Source: an uncultured Enterobacteriaceae bacterium
Lineage (GTDB): Bacteria; Pseudomonadota; Gammaproteobacteria; Eutrophobiales; Eutrophobiaceae
Assembly (NCBI GenBank): GCA_964544965.1
Contig: CAZJED010000001.1
Span: 1 to 57,851, forward strand
Direction of reading: 5' to 3'
DNA: 57,851 bases
The position numbers and the translations under genes are program-made. Under the pieces are notes generated by a model, which was given only the letters and a program-made list of their open reading frames with translations, was not told where the DNA came from and did not search any database. Positions 47,473 to 57,361 of the stretch are shown here, in pieces (positions within the stretch are counted from its first letter, which is position 1; each line of letters opens with the position of its first letter).

Positions 47473-49218
47473 TTAAGCAAGTTCCCTTTCAGATGACAAA
47501 TGCATTTCATTATGGCCTTTACCAGATGCAATCATGGGATAAACATTTTCAGTTTGATCGGTAATAAAATCCATTATCACGGTTTTGTCCTTCATTAATA
47601 AAGCCTCTTTCAAAGTACTTTCAACATCGCTGCTTTTTTCAACTCTAATGCCCGTGTGTCCATAGCTTTCTGCTATTTTTACAAAATCAGGTAAAGCTTC
47701 CATATACGAATGTGAATAACGTCCAGAATAAAAAAATTCCTGCCATTGTCGGACCATACCCATGTAACGATTATTCAGATTTATAATTTTTACTGGTGTC
47801 CCATATTGCAAACAAGTTGATAACTCTTGAATACACATCACGAGACTTGCCTCACCTGTGATGCACGCCACCGTTTCGTTTGGAAAAGCTAATTTAACCC
47901 CCATGGCTGCGGGAAGGCCAAAACCCATAGTGCCTAAGCCTCCAGAATTAATCCAACGTCTTGGTTTATCAAACTTATAAAACTGCGCTGCCCACATCTG
48001 ATGTTGTCCGACATCCGATGTAACATAGGCGTCGCCCTTTGTTAATTCCCATAATTTCTCAACAACAAATTGTGGCTTGATAACAGAAGATGTCCGGTCA
48101 TATTTGAGGCAATCAATTTTTGCCCAATCATAAATTTGATCCCACCAAGACTGAAGTTCATTTTTATTCTTTTGAAGTTTATCCAGTTCGCCCTTTAAAA
48201 TTTCATTTAAATCTTTCAGCACATGTTTTACGTCGCCAACAATAGGAATATCAACAGGAACATTTTTAGCGATAGATGATGGATCAACATCAATATGGAT
48301 AATTTTTGCGTATGGACAAAACTTTTCAAGGTCGCCAGTCACACGATCATCAAATCTAGCGCCAATAGCAATTAATACATCACAATTATGCATAGCCATG
48401 TTAGCTTCATAAGTCCCGTGCATGCCAAGCATTCCAATAAACTGCTTGTCTGTTGCAGGATATGCTCCGAGTCCCATAAGTGTATTAGTTATAGGGTAAT
48501 TTAATGTTTGGGTAAATTTAGTTAATTCTTTACTCGCTTCGCTAAGAATTACGCCTCCACCAGAATAAATCATAGGCTTCTTTGCTGATAAAATTAATTT
48601 TGATGCCCTTTTTATTTGACCAGGATGTCCTTTTACAACTGGACGATATGAACGCATATCAATATTTTTTGGATATTCATACTCGCATGAATCAGCCGTA
48701 ACATCTTTTGGAATATCAACAACAACTGGACCTGGTCTCCCGCTAGTTGCAACATAAAAAGCTTTCTTTATTGTCTCAGCTAATACTTTGACATCTTTTA
48801 CTAAAAAATTGTGCTTTACGCAGGGTCTTGTGATGCCTATAGAATCAACCTCCTGAAAAGCGTCATTTCCGATCATTTTTCTTGATACTTGCCCGGTAAA
48901 AACAACTAATGGGATAGAATCCATATGAGCTGTAGCAATACCTGTAACTGCATTCGTAGCGCCTGGCCCAGATGTCACCAACACTACACCGGGTTTTCCT
49001 GTTGACCGAGCATAGCCGTCTGCAGCGTGAGTTGCCCCCTGTTCGTGACGTACTAATATATGTTCAACGTCGTCCTGTTTATACAGAGCATCATAGATAT
49101 GGAGTACGGCACCCCCGGGATAACCAAACAAATGCTTAACCCCTTCGTCCTTCAGTGCGCGGCAAAAAATTTCTGCTCCTCTTAGAATTTCTTTCTTTTT
49201 TGACACCTTTCTTACCAA
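47473..49218 (-). CDS. ilvI: Acetolactate synthase large subunit
   Basis: ThDP-enzyme motifs are present: GYPGGAVL, VTSGPGATN and the ThDP-binding GGLGTMGFGLPAAMG...NN. No ATG is available; the start is TTG at 49218 or GTG at 49206. Confidence 0.95.
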   Translation of the reverse strand: MVRKVSKKKEILRGAEIFCRALKDEGVKHLFGYPGGAVLHIYDALYKQDDVEHILVRHEQGATHAADGYARSTGKPGVVLVTSGPGATNAVTGIATAHMDSIPLVVFTGQVSRKMIGNDAFQEVDSIGITRPCVKHNFLVKDVKVLAETIKKAFYVATSGRPGPVVVDIPKDVTADSCEYEYPKNIDMRSYRPVVKGHPGQIKRASKLILSAKKPMIYSGGGVILSEASKELTKFTQTLNYPITNTLMGLGAYPATDKQFIGMLGMHGTYEANMAMHNCDVLIAIGARFDDRVTGDLEKFCPYAKIIHIDVDPSSIAKNVPVDIPIVGDVKHVLKDLNEILKGELDKLQKNKNELQSWWDQIYDWAKIDCLKYDRTSSVIKPQFVVEKLWELTKGDAYVTSDVGQHQMWAAQFYKFDKPRRWINSGGLGTMGFGLPAAMGVKLAFPNETVACITGEASLVMCIQELSTCLQYGTPVKIINLNNRYMGMVRQWQEFFYSGRYSHSYMEALPDFVKIAESYGHTGIRVEKSSDVESTLKEALLMKDKTVIMDFITDQTENVYPMIASGKGHNEMHLSSERELA

Positions 49219-49503
49219 TTATTATGTTGAAGTTATAAATATACATTAATTTGAACGAAAACGCGGGAAGTTACTGAGATTCTTAGGTCAGGTCAAGTTA
49301 TGTTATGATATATTGTCTTGAAAATGGCATTGAACCAGACAATTTAAGCATAAATAAAACCTTCATACTAATATTGAATCTCATTAACCTTATTAGTCCA
49401 ATACTGCTAGATACCGGTTATCAATCTGTGTCTAATATGACTCATTATACTACTGTAAATTGGGTGTTTTTCTAACTTGTATTATGTATAGATAATTCAA
49501 CGC

Positions 49504-50760
49504 ATGAAGCTATCAAAACTACTAACGGCTACTTTGAGAGAGGCACCAGCTGATGCAGAAATAATAAGTCACAAACTTATGCTACGAGCAGGCATGATCC
49601 GTCAACTAGCTTCGGGTATATATACATGGCTGCCACTAGGTTACCGAGTATTAAAGAAGGTTGAAGCAATCATTCGCGAAGAAATGAATTCTGCCGGTGC
49701 CCAAGAAATATTAATGCCAGCAATCCAACCAGCTGAGCTTTGGCGAGAGTCCGAACGCTGGGACCAGTATGGCCCGGAATTACTACGGATTAATGATCGC
49801 CATGAACGCGAGTTCTGTTTTGGGCCAACCCACGAGGAAGTTATTACAGATTTAGTAAGACGTGAGGTTCGAAGCTACAAACAACTCCCGATCATTTTAT
49901 ATCAAATACAAACAAAATTCAGAGATGAAATACGTCCACGCTTTGGGATTATGCGTTCCCGGGAATTTTTAATGAAAGACGCCTATTCCTTTCATCTGAA
50001 TGATGAATCATTGCAGGAAACTTATGAACAAATGTATAAATCGTACACAGAAATATTTACTCGTCTAGGTCTAGAATTTCGTGCGGTTATTGCTGACTCT
50101 GGAAATATTGGTGGAGATAAATCACACGAATTTCACGTTTTGGCAGAATCGGGAGAAGACAAAATAGTATTTTCTAAAAATAAAGATTATGCAGCTAGTT
50201 TAGAAAGGGCCAGTATAGATTTAGGAGAGAAAGAAATCAGTGCATTAGAACATGCAAAGGGCATCGAAGTAGGACATATTTTTCAACTAGGCACAAAATA
50301 TAGCTCAAGTATGAAAACAAATTGCCTTGATAAACATGGAAAATCAGTTAACTTAATAATGGGTTGTTATGGAATTGGGGTTTCACGTATTGTCGCTGCT
50401 GCTATTGAACAAAATCATGATGAAAAAGGTATTATTTGGCCAACTGCCATAGCGCCGTTCCAACTTGCTCTGACTCCTGTGAATATGCATAAATCAGTAC
50501 GTTTACGTGATGCGGTAATATCGTTCTATAATGAATTATCAGCTAATAATATAGATGTGTTACTCGATGATAGAAATGAAAGGCCTGGAGTAATGTTTTC
50601 AGATACGGAGTTAGTCGGAATCCCGCATCGCTTTGTCTTTAGTGAAAAAGGTTTAGATGCTGGCGAAATTGAATATAAGGGAAGAAGGGATAAAGAAAGT
50701 CAAAATATTCAAATTAAAAAAGCAGTTACATTCATCAAAGAAAAAATTAAAAGCAATTAA
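49504..50760 (+). CDS. proS: Proline--tRNA ligase, bacterial type but lacking the INS editing domain
   Basis: 418 aa. The N-terminal ~230 aa and C-terminal ~165 aa are collinear with E. coli ProRS (motif 2 [25 protein letters not shown], motif 3 [13 protein letters not shown], anticodon-binding domain). Only about 20 aa link DYAASLERA to [16 protein letters not shown]. Confidence 0.9.
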   Translation: MKLSKLLTATLREAPADAEIISHKLMLRAGMIRQLASGIYTWLPLGYRVLKKVEAIIREEMNSAGAQEILMPAIQPAELWRESERWDQYGPELLRINDRHEREFCFGPTHEEVITDLVRREVRSYKQLPIILYQIQTKFRDEIRPRFGIMRSREFLMKDAYSFHLNDESLQETYEQMYKSYTEIFTRLGLEFRAVIADSGNIGGDKSHEFHVLAESGEDKIVFSKNKDYAASLERASIDLGEKEISALEHAKGIEVGHIFQLGTKYSSSMKTNCLDKHGKSVNLIMGCYGIGVSRIVAAAIEQNHDEKGIIWPTAIAPFQLALTPVNMHKSVRLRDAVISFYNELSANNIDVLLDDRNERPGVMFSDTELVGIPHRFVFSEKGLDAGEIEYKGRRDKESQNIQIKKAVTFIKEKIKSN

Positions 50761-51029
50761 CGTATAGAAAAGCCATCGAATTCTTGGTAGTCAGCATTTG
50801 TACACTCAACATTGATAACTCTTGCCAAACTTGGGCCATGGGTCAACCATTTGCGTAATTGAATAAGCAAATGCTCCTCGCCGCACGCATACACTTCAAC
50901 TCTACCATCATCAAGATTTTTAACCCACCCCTTAACACCAAGTAGTTTGGACTGTTGGTTTATTGACATACGAAAACCAACTCCTTGAACTCTGCCACTT
51001 ACAATACAATTAATTGCTTTCTTCTTCAT
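50757..51029 (-). CDS. acyP: Acylphosphatase
   Basis: 90 aa with [11 protein letters not shown] and [13 protein letters not shown]. Confidence 0.9.
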   Translation of the reverse strand: MKKKAINCIVSGRVQGVGFRMSINQQSKLLGVKGWVKNLDDGRVEVYACGEEHLLIQLRKWLTHGPSLARVINVECTNADYQEFDGFSIR

Positions 51030-51066
51030 GATAAATATTCTTTGAAAAATTCTATAATTGCAAACT

Positions 51067-51936
51067 TTATTTAAATACTTTTTTATCTTCAGTATAAAAT
51101 AAAGATAAACAAAATGTTAAATGTGCACCAAATAAAATTATTACCCAGGATATATATATCCATACAAGAAAAAGCGGAATGATTGCCAACGTACCATAAA
51201 TATTTTTTAAGTCTGACATTTCTCTGATATAGATACCAAATGCATACTTTGCTAGCTCAAATAATATTGCACAAATAACGCCAGCTATCACAGCATGTCT
51301 ACTAGATACATTACAATTCGGAACAAGTATATATAACAAAATAAAAGTAATTGCTGTCATAAAAAATGGAAGCCAGTGCAATAAATGGGTTCTCATATTA
51401 AACAATGTATCAACATCTGCAATAACAGGAATGGAAAGTAAATATGAAGTCAATGCTAGGCCAGCTCCAATAAGTAATGGGCCTAAAAAAAGTAATAAAA
51501 AATATATAAATATACGTTTAATAGGATTTCGCTTTTTCTTTATTGCCCATATTCTATTAAAAGTATTATCAATTGTCGCTAGCAGCATTAATGCAACCAA
51601 AATAAGAATAAGACTGCCGCCAATTGTAAGTTGAGATGCCTTTGTTGAAAATATATGTATATATTGTTCAACAGTCTGCCCAAATTCAGGCACAAAATTA
51701 ATGAAAATGAAATTTTGAATCGTGGCTGAAAATTCCTGAAGTATAGAAATTTTACTAAAAATCCCGAACATAACGGTAAGCAAAGGAACGAGTGAAAGTA
51801 AAGTTTCAAAAGCAAGTGCTGAGGCCGCTTCTACGACATTCGATAGATAAAAATGACGAAGAATATATAATGTCCTCGAATAAATGATCATCGGAAATTT
51901 AATAAATTTTTTTATGTTATTTTCTATATATCGCAT
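51067..51936 (-). CDS. YihY/BrkB family inner membrane protein
   Basis: 289 aa with about 6 TM segments and the motif ASALAFETLLSLVPLLTV typical of YihY/Rbn-family proteins. Confidence 0.8.
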   Translation of the reverse strand: MRYIENNIKKFIKFPMIIYSRTLYILRHFYLSNVVEAASALAFETLLSLVPLLTVMFGIFSKISILQEFSATIQNFIFINFVPEFGQTVEQYIHIFSTKASQLTIGGSLILILVALMLLATIDNTFNRIWAIKKKRNPIKRIFIYFLLLFLGPLLIGAGLALTSYLLSIPVIADVDTLFNMRTHLLHWLPFFMTAITFILLYILVPNCNVSSRHAVIAGVICAILFELAKYAFGIYIREMSDLKNIYGTLAIIPLFLVWIYISWVIILFGAHLTFCLSLFYTEDKKVFK

Positions 51937-51987
51937 CTTAATCGATGAGTATAATCTAAGAAATATTTAATGGATAATGGAGTAGAT

Positions 51988-52335
51988 ATGAAGGCGAAAA
52001 TTTTTCATAACCCACGATGTTCAAAATCAAGAAAAACGCTGGAATTACTTTTAGAAAGGGAGATTGAAACGGAAATTGTGGAATATTTGGAAAAACCGCC
52101 TAATTATCAAACGTTAAAAGATATTTTGAAGATGTTAGATCTAAAACCATTTGATCTTGTGCGTAAAGGGGAAAAACTCTACAAAGAATTAAACATCGGC
52201 AAGTATGAGAATAATGCAGATGCGCTATTGAAAATTATGATTCAAAATCCTATTTTGATTGAGCGCCCTATTGTAATAGCCAATAACAAGGCGGTTATTG
52301 GCCGACCGCCAGAATTAGTACTAAGCATCATCTAA
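51988..52335 (+). CDS. ArsC/Spx-family thiol reductase-like protein (YfgD-like)
   Basis: It has the motif IFHNPRCSKSRKTLELL and the C-terminus ERPIV. I prefer the ATG at 51988, which is preceded by GGAG, over the track start at 51970. Confidence 0.8.
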   Translation: MKAKIFHNPRCSKSRKTLELLLEREIETEIVEYLEKPPNYQTLKDILKMLDLKPFDLVRKGEKLYKELNIGKYENNADALLKIMIQNPILIERPIVIANNKAVIGRPPELVLSII

Positions 52336-52336
52336 A

Positions 52337-52930
52337 ATGACTCAAATCCTAATCCTATACTATAGTCATGGGGGTAGTGTTGCCGAAATGGCTCAATATT
52401 TTTCCAGAGGCGTAGAATCTGTTGAAAATTGCGAAGGGAGTCTGCGAACTGTACCTCCAATCAGGACAACATCTGAGAACATTAAGTCGGATATCCCGAA
52501 GAGCGGTCCGCCTTATGTCACATGTAGCGATCTAATTAATTGTGATGGTCTTGCACTAGGAAGTCCGACAAGATTTGGAAATATGGCTGCCCCAATAAAA
52601 TATTTCATTGATTCAACATCTGATGTTTGGGCCTCAGGTGGTCTTGTTGGAAAACCGGCAAGTGTATTTAGCTCGACCGGAAGCTTGCATGGCGGTCAGG
52701 AAACAACCTTGCTATCGATGATGTTGCCGTTAATACACCACGGGATGTTGTTAATCGGTCTGCCTTATACTGAATCAGGTTTATTTGCGAAGGAAGGCGG
52801 GGGAACTCCATATGGCGCAACTCATGTAGCCGGAGAAAAAAATGATCTTCCAGTTACAAAAAACGAAAAAGAACTTTGTTTTGCTGCCGGCAAAAGATTG
52901 GCAGAAATTGCTAAAAAACTTAGTAATTAA
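52337..52930 (+). CDS. wrbA: NAD(P)H:quinone oxidoreductase WrbA (flavodoxin-like)
   Basis: 197 aa with the motifs ILILYYSHGGSVAEMA, GSPTRFGNMA and HGGQETT. Confidence 0.9.
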   Translation: MTQILILYYSHGGSVAEMAQYFSRGVESVENCEGSLRTVPPIRTTSENIKSDIPKSGPPYVTCSDLINCDGLALGSPTRFGNMAAPIKYFIDSTSDVWASGGLVGKPASVFSSTGSLHGGQETTLLSMMLPLIHHGMLLIGLPYTESGLFAKEGGGTPYGATHVAGEKNDLPVTKNEKELCFAAGKRLAEIAKKLSN

Positions 52931-53634
52931 TCTATTAATTCCTTAACAAAAGGTACAGTCACTTTTCGCTTTGCGGCTAGTGATGAATGATCTATTACAT
53001 CAAGAATCTTTATTAAAGAATTTAAATCTCTGTCAGTTCGTCGAATAAGAAACTCAGCTACACTTTTAGTGAGTTCGAATGAACGTTCTAATGCTTTTCT
53101 CTTTAGTATTTCAATTTTTAGCTCATCATCAGGTGGTTTGATTTTATGCACCTGCCCCCAAACTAATCTGGATTTAAGATCATCGAGTTCAATCTTTATA
53201 TTTTTTGGAGAAACGGTAGAGCTTATTATAATTGAATTATTGTTATCTCTAATTTCATTATAAAGTAAAGTTAAACGTTGCTGCCACTCTAGATTATTAG
53301 AAATAGATTCAAGATCATCAACACAAATTAAATTTAATTTACCCAAACCATTTAATATTTCAGAGTCAAATTCCCCGTGTTGTTTTAGTGGAATATATGT
53401 AACTTGAGAATTCATTTCATCTGCTTGTTTGCATGCCGCTTGTAATAAATGTGTTTTTCCTGTTCCCTCAGGGCCCCAAATATAAAGGCAATCATTTCGT
53501 TCTTTTCTAGTTAATGCATTTAAAAGTTGTAACAAATATTTATTTTCACCCTGAATAAATGAAGTAAAATCTAATTTTTGAAAATTACTAAATTCAAAAG
53601 GTATTTGTGGTGAAGATGTACAATTAGGATTCAT
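52927..53634 (-). CDS. hda: DnaA regulatory inactivator Hda
   Basis: 235 aa with the clamp-binding-like N-terminus QIPFEF, Walker A GPEGTGKTHLLQA, Walker B ICVDDLE and a DnaA domain III-like remainder. Confidence 0.85.
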   Translation of the reverse strand: MNPNCTSSPQIPFEFSNFQKLDFTSFIQGENKYLLQLLNALTRKERNDCLYIWGPEGTGKTHLLQAACKQADEMNSQVTYIPLKQHGEFDSEILNGLGKLNLICVDDLESISNNLEWQQRLTLLYNEIRDNNNSIIISSTVSPKNIKIELDDLKSRLVWGQVHKIKPPDDELKIEILKRKALERSFELTKSVAEFLIRRTDRDLNSLIKILDVIDHSSLAAKRKVTVPFVKELID

Positions 53635-53672
53635 CAGCTATAAAAATTGCTACTTAAATTAATAGGCTTTCA

Positions 53673-54716
53673 TTATGGTAACAAGCGGTACTCTAATTCG
53701 CTGCTACCCTCAATAGATTCTAAAATTTTGCCTAGAGAAATTGCTTGATGTACGCCGGCAACACCGCGTTCACTAGTCAGTTCAAATACAACGTGCCTCG
53801 ATGTAACTTCTTTGACATTAACTTGATTTACGGACTGAAGTGAAGTTAGGTATGAGAAAATTTGGGCATATTCATCAATATTCTCAATATCGTTAACCAA
53901 TAATTCAATTACCTGAATATCTTGCCTGCCATCATCAGAATAATGTGATACTAATTGATCGACAAGCTCATCGATTCCCTCCTCTAAAACAATATCTGCA
54001 ACATCACTCTGACTCACCCAATCAACAACCTGTTCATCAAAATAAACCGCCCATTCTGATTCCCATAAAGTCGGTAATATCTGTGTAAATTTCCCCGTTA
54101 ATATGACATTTGCCTGATAACGTTTGGATGCTTCTACTATAGGTTCCGAAAATCCACCCCATACATCAGTAACCGAAATTTTAGAATCATCTTGAAGGTC
54201 AAGTAATGGAAATAATAAACTAATACCTCTAGCAGAAGCACGGTCTTCCAAAATATTTAAGTACTCAAAATTTTCCTCAATATTTACAAACGATCTATTA
54301 TTATTTTTTTGTGAAACAAGCCAGACCAAAACAGATGGTCGTTCTTTATCCCAAATTGAAATGCCCTGATTTTTAAGTGCCTCATCTATAGCGTTTTCAT
54401 CAAATTGAACCCGTAATTCATGGACAAATTTCTTTTGACCCCATTCGTTGTCATTTTGGTGATATCTGTATTGTTGAACAAATTGCTCTGAACGTTCCAG
54501 CAATGAACTAACTCCCATGCTTTTGTTAATATTTCTATTTCCGGTAACTTTAATAAGTACTTTACTTAATGCTTGTTTTAAAGCAATTCGACGTTTTGGT
54601 GCTGATTCATCACTAACTGAAATCGTTGCCTGATAAAGCCCGGAGACTTTTATTGCATAAGTTGGCTGATAAATAAGTAGCGAAAAACATAAAAAGTATA
54701 ATATTCTGGATTTCAT
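53673..54716 (-). CDS. DUF2066-like secreted protein
   Basis: 347 aa with a signal peptide. Its position between hda and the divergent purM is the same as in Pseudomonas (PA0946). The family assignment is from memory and synteny. Confidence 0.6.
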   Translation of the reverse strand: MKSRILYFLCFSLLIYQPTYAIKVSGLYQATISVSDESAPKRRIALKQALSKVLIKVTGNRNINKSMGVSSLLERSEQFVQQYRYHQNDNEWGQKKFVHELRVQFDENAIDEALKNQGISIWDKERPSVLVWLVSQKNNNRSFVNIEENFEYLNILEDRASARGISLLFPLLDLQDDSKISVTDVWGGFSEPIVEASKRYQANVILTGKFTQILPTLWESEWAVYFDEQVVDWVSQSDVADIVLEEGIDELVDQLVSHYSDDGRQDIQVIELLVNDIENIDEYAQIFSYLTSLQSVNQVNVKEVTSRHVVFELTSERGVAGVHQAISLGKILESIEGSSELEYRLLP

Positions 54717-54790
54717 AGAGAATACGCTATTGAAGACTTGCCGCTAAGTCAAGGATTGCGGTTAATAACCGACACCGATAACATACCCAT

Positions 54791-55834
54791 ATGAATGACC
54801 ATATAAACAGAAAAATCAGTTACAAGGATGCCGGCGTTAATATCGATAAGGGTAATGAGTTAGTCCAACGACTGAAAAAAACAATTAATAATACCAATAA
54901 AAATGGGGTCATTGGAGAACTTGGTGGATTTGGAGGGTTATTTGATCTTAGCTCTTTAAACTATAGGCAGCCGGTACTCGTATCTGGAACAGATGGAGTT
55001 GGAACAAAAATTAAAGTTGCCATTGAAAATAACATGCATGACACAATTGGTATCGATTTAGTCGCTATGTGTGTTAACGACGTCATAGTACAGGGCGCAA
55101 AACCTTTATTCTTTCTTGATTATTTTGCTTGTTCAGAGCTCGATATTAATATTGCTGAAACCGTTATTAGTGGTATTAATAAAGGCTGTTCACTCGCGGG
55201 ATGCAGTCTAATCGGAGGTGAAACTGCCGAAATGCCAGGAATGTACAAGAAATATGATTACGATTTGGCTGGATTTTGTGTGGGCGTAGTCGAAAAAAAT
55301 CAAATAATTACAGGGGAAAATGTAATAGCTGGTGATGTATTGGTCGCGCTTGCCTCTAGTGGCTGTCATGCCAACGGATATTCTCTTATAAGAAAGATCA
55401 TAGAAGAAACTAATTCGGACTTAAATCAAAATCTGGATAATAAAAAAATATTAGAGCATTTGCTAACACCCACTCGAATTTACGCAAAACAGGTTTTAGA
55501 TCTAATCAAACATACATCCGTAAAATCGATTTCACATATAACAGGCGGGGGCTTAATTGATAACTTACCAAGAGTAATACCAGATGATTTGTCAGTAATA
55601 ATTAATACGAATACATGGAGCATTCCTAAAATATTTAATTGGTTAAGTGACCAGGGCAAAATTGACTCTTATGAGATGTTTAAAATATTCAATTGTGGGG
55701 TTGGATTAGTATTATGCATTGAAAAAAATAATGCAGACGAAACAATTAACTATCTTAATAATAATGGTGAAACTGCTTGGTTGATTGGAGAAGTCATTAA
55801 TAATGACAAACAACCAAGGGTGCAACTTAAATAA
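54791..55834 (+). CDS. purM: Phosphoribosylformylglycinamidine cyclo-ligase
   Basis: Motifs YKDAGVNID, VSGTDGVGTK, DLVAMCVNDV and GGETAEMPG are present. Confidence 0.97.
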   Translation: MNDHINRKISYKDAGVNIDKGNELVQRLKKTINNTNKNGVIGELGGFGGLFDLSSLNYRQPVLVSGTDGVGTKIKVAIENNMHDTIGIDLVAMCVNDVIVQGAKPLFFLDYFACSELDINIAETVISGINKGCSLAGCSLIGGETAEMPGMYKKYDYDLAGFCVGVVEKNQIITGENVIAGDVLVALASSGCHANGYSLIRKIIEETNSDLNQNLDNKKILEHLLTPTRIYAKQVLDLIKHTSVKSISHITGGGLIDNLPRVIPDDLSVIINTNTWSIPKIFNWLSDQGKIDSYEMFKIFNCGVGLVLCIEKNNADETINYLNNNGETAWLIGEVINNDKQPRVQLK

Positions 55835-55855
55835 TGAAAATATAAAATATTAATT

Positions 55856-57331
55856 TTATTTAATAATTTCCCAAATTTGCCAAATGCTTGCTCGTGATGT
55901 CCAATTATTTATATTAATTTTAAGAATCCATTCTGGTAATGCCTGACATATCAATTTACTTGAAATTCTATTATCAGTAAGTTTTGCCTCCCTACCTTTT
56001 TTTCTCGCAGCATAAAATAATTTTTTGCCCGGATATTCAATCATTTTTTTTGAAATTTCAATCTCATCACTAATCGAAATTATAGATACATTATTTATAT
56101 TATAAAAATCTAATTCCAGCTCACCGGTTGTTGAGCCTGATCCATCCGGGTCATAGGTTAGCAGTACCGAATCGCTAGGAATTTTTTGAGTAAAACAATT
56201 TTGCCAAAGAGCGACTTCCTTGCTAGCGGGCAACGTAACAGTTAAAAGAACTAATATTATATTAATAAATAAAGAAATATAGAGTACTGATTGAAATAGG
56301 CGTGTAAAAGTATATTGATTTAGGTGCCTAAATCGTTTCAAAAGATTTTCAATCGTCATAGCAAACATAACGGGCAGGAATGGGATGACAGGGAATAAAT
56401 ATCTCATCTCTTTGTGCCCAAAATAATGATGAAATGCGATGAATGGTATAGTTATCCATGTTATTGAGTGACGCGGGAATAATGTCCAAAAAATAATAAT
56501 CACCAATGGGACAAATAAAGTAATTGGCGGTATAAGTTGGACCATCGAGTAATAAACATAAAACCACCAGGGCTCAACGATATTATCTATGGAGCCTTTT
56601 ACTATATGCCATTCAAAATAATTCCAAAAACTAAACGTTAATTCTTCATAGAGCCAATAATCAATAAGAACACCAATTGATAATGAAAAAATAAAGCCAG
56701 AGATTATCAGCCAAAAATTTGAAATCTTTTCATTTCCCTGAAATAACAACCAGAAACAAAAACCAAAAATAAATAAACCAATTTGGTATCTTGATAAAAA
56801 CGCGAAACCTAGCAACAAACCAATAAAAAAATATTTTCTAATCTCTGTTGGTGATTGATAAAAATATAATGCGTATGCAAATATAAATAATGAAGTAGCC
56901 CAGCCTTCTGATGAAAAACGTACGTTCAGAAATACAAGTATCCATGAGAATAAAAGAAAGAAAACGGCATAAGAACGAATTTTTTCGATATTTACTTCTT
57001 TTTTAATAACATGAAAAAAAGTAAATACCGAAATAAATGATATAATCAGGCTAATTAAACGCAAATAAAAAGCCCAAATAAATGGCGAAGTTATACCAAA
57101 GAGCGTTAATCCTTTAGCAACTACGTAAGCAATAAAAGGTTGTAATCCGCTTCTAACGCCTTCCTTGTATTCCCACATAACTGTATTTTGCATCTCAAAA
57201 CCAAGCTTATATGCTGCAAAATCTAATATCTGGTAGTACTCATCATCATGATAATGACCAACACTAAACCAAGCGGCTACTAAATAAATTAAAAACGCGA
57301 AAAGAAACCAATATTTTTCCGATATACTCAT
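55856..57331 (-). CDS. GT-C membrane glycosyltransferase, GT22 (ALG9/ALG12/PIG-B)-like
   Basis: 491 aa polytopic. The N-terminal loop HYHDDEYYQILDFAAYKLGFEMQNTVMWEYKEGVRSGLQP matches the GT22 signature HPDE-FQ-LE...WEW..IRS..P. Confidence 0.7.
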   Translation of the reverse strand: MSISEKYWFLFAFLIYLVAAWFSVGHYHDDEYYQILDFAAYKLGFEMQNTVMWEYKEGVRSGLQPFIAYVVAKGLTLFGITSPFIWAFYLRLISLIISFISVFTFFHVIKKEVNIEKIRSYAVFFLLFSWILVFLNVRFSSEGWATSLFIFAYALYFYQSPTEIRKYFFIGLLLGFAFLSRYQIGLFIFGFCFWLLFQGNEKISNFWLIISGFIFSLSIGVLIDYWLYEELTFSFWNYFEWHIVKGSIDNIVEPWWFYVYYSMVQLIPPITLFVPLVIIIFWTLFPRHSITWITIPFIAFHHYFGHKEMRYLFPVIPFLPVMFAMTIENLLKRFRHLNQYTFTRLFQSVLYISLFINIILVLLTVTLPASKEVALWQNCFTQKIPSDSVLLTYDPDGSGSTTGELELDFYNINNVSIISISDEIEISKKMIEYPGKKLFYAARKKGREAKLTDNRISSKLICQALPEWILKININNWTSRASIWQIWEIIK

Positions 57332-57361
57332 TTTTTTAAACTAAAAATTTATCAGATTGAA

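Noticed and set aside
49270-49300. AGGTCAGGTCAAG motif reminiscent of the 4.5S/SRP RNA conserved region
   Set aside because: The flanking sequence cannot form the SRP helix 8 hairpin and lacks the GGAA tetraloop context, so this is a chance resemblance.
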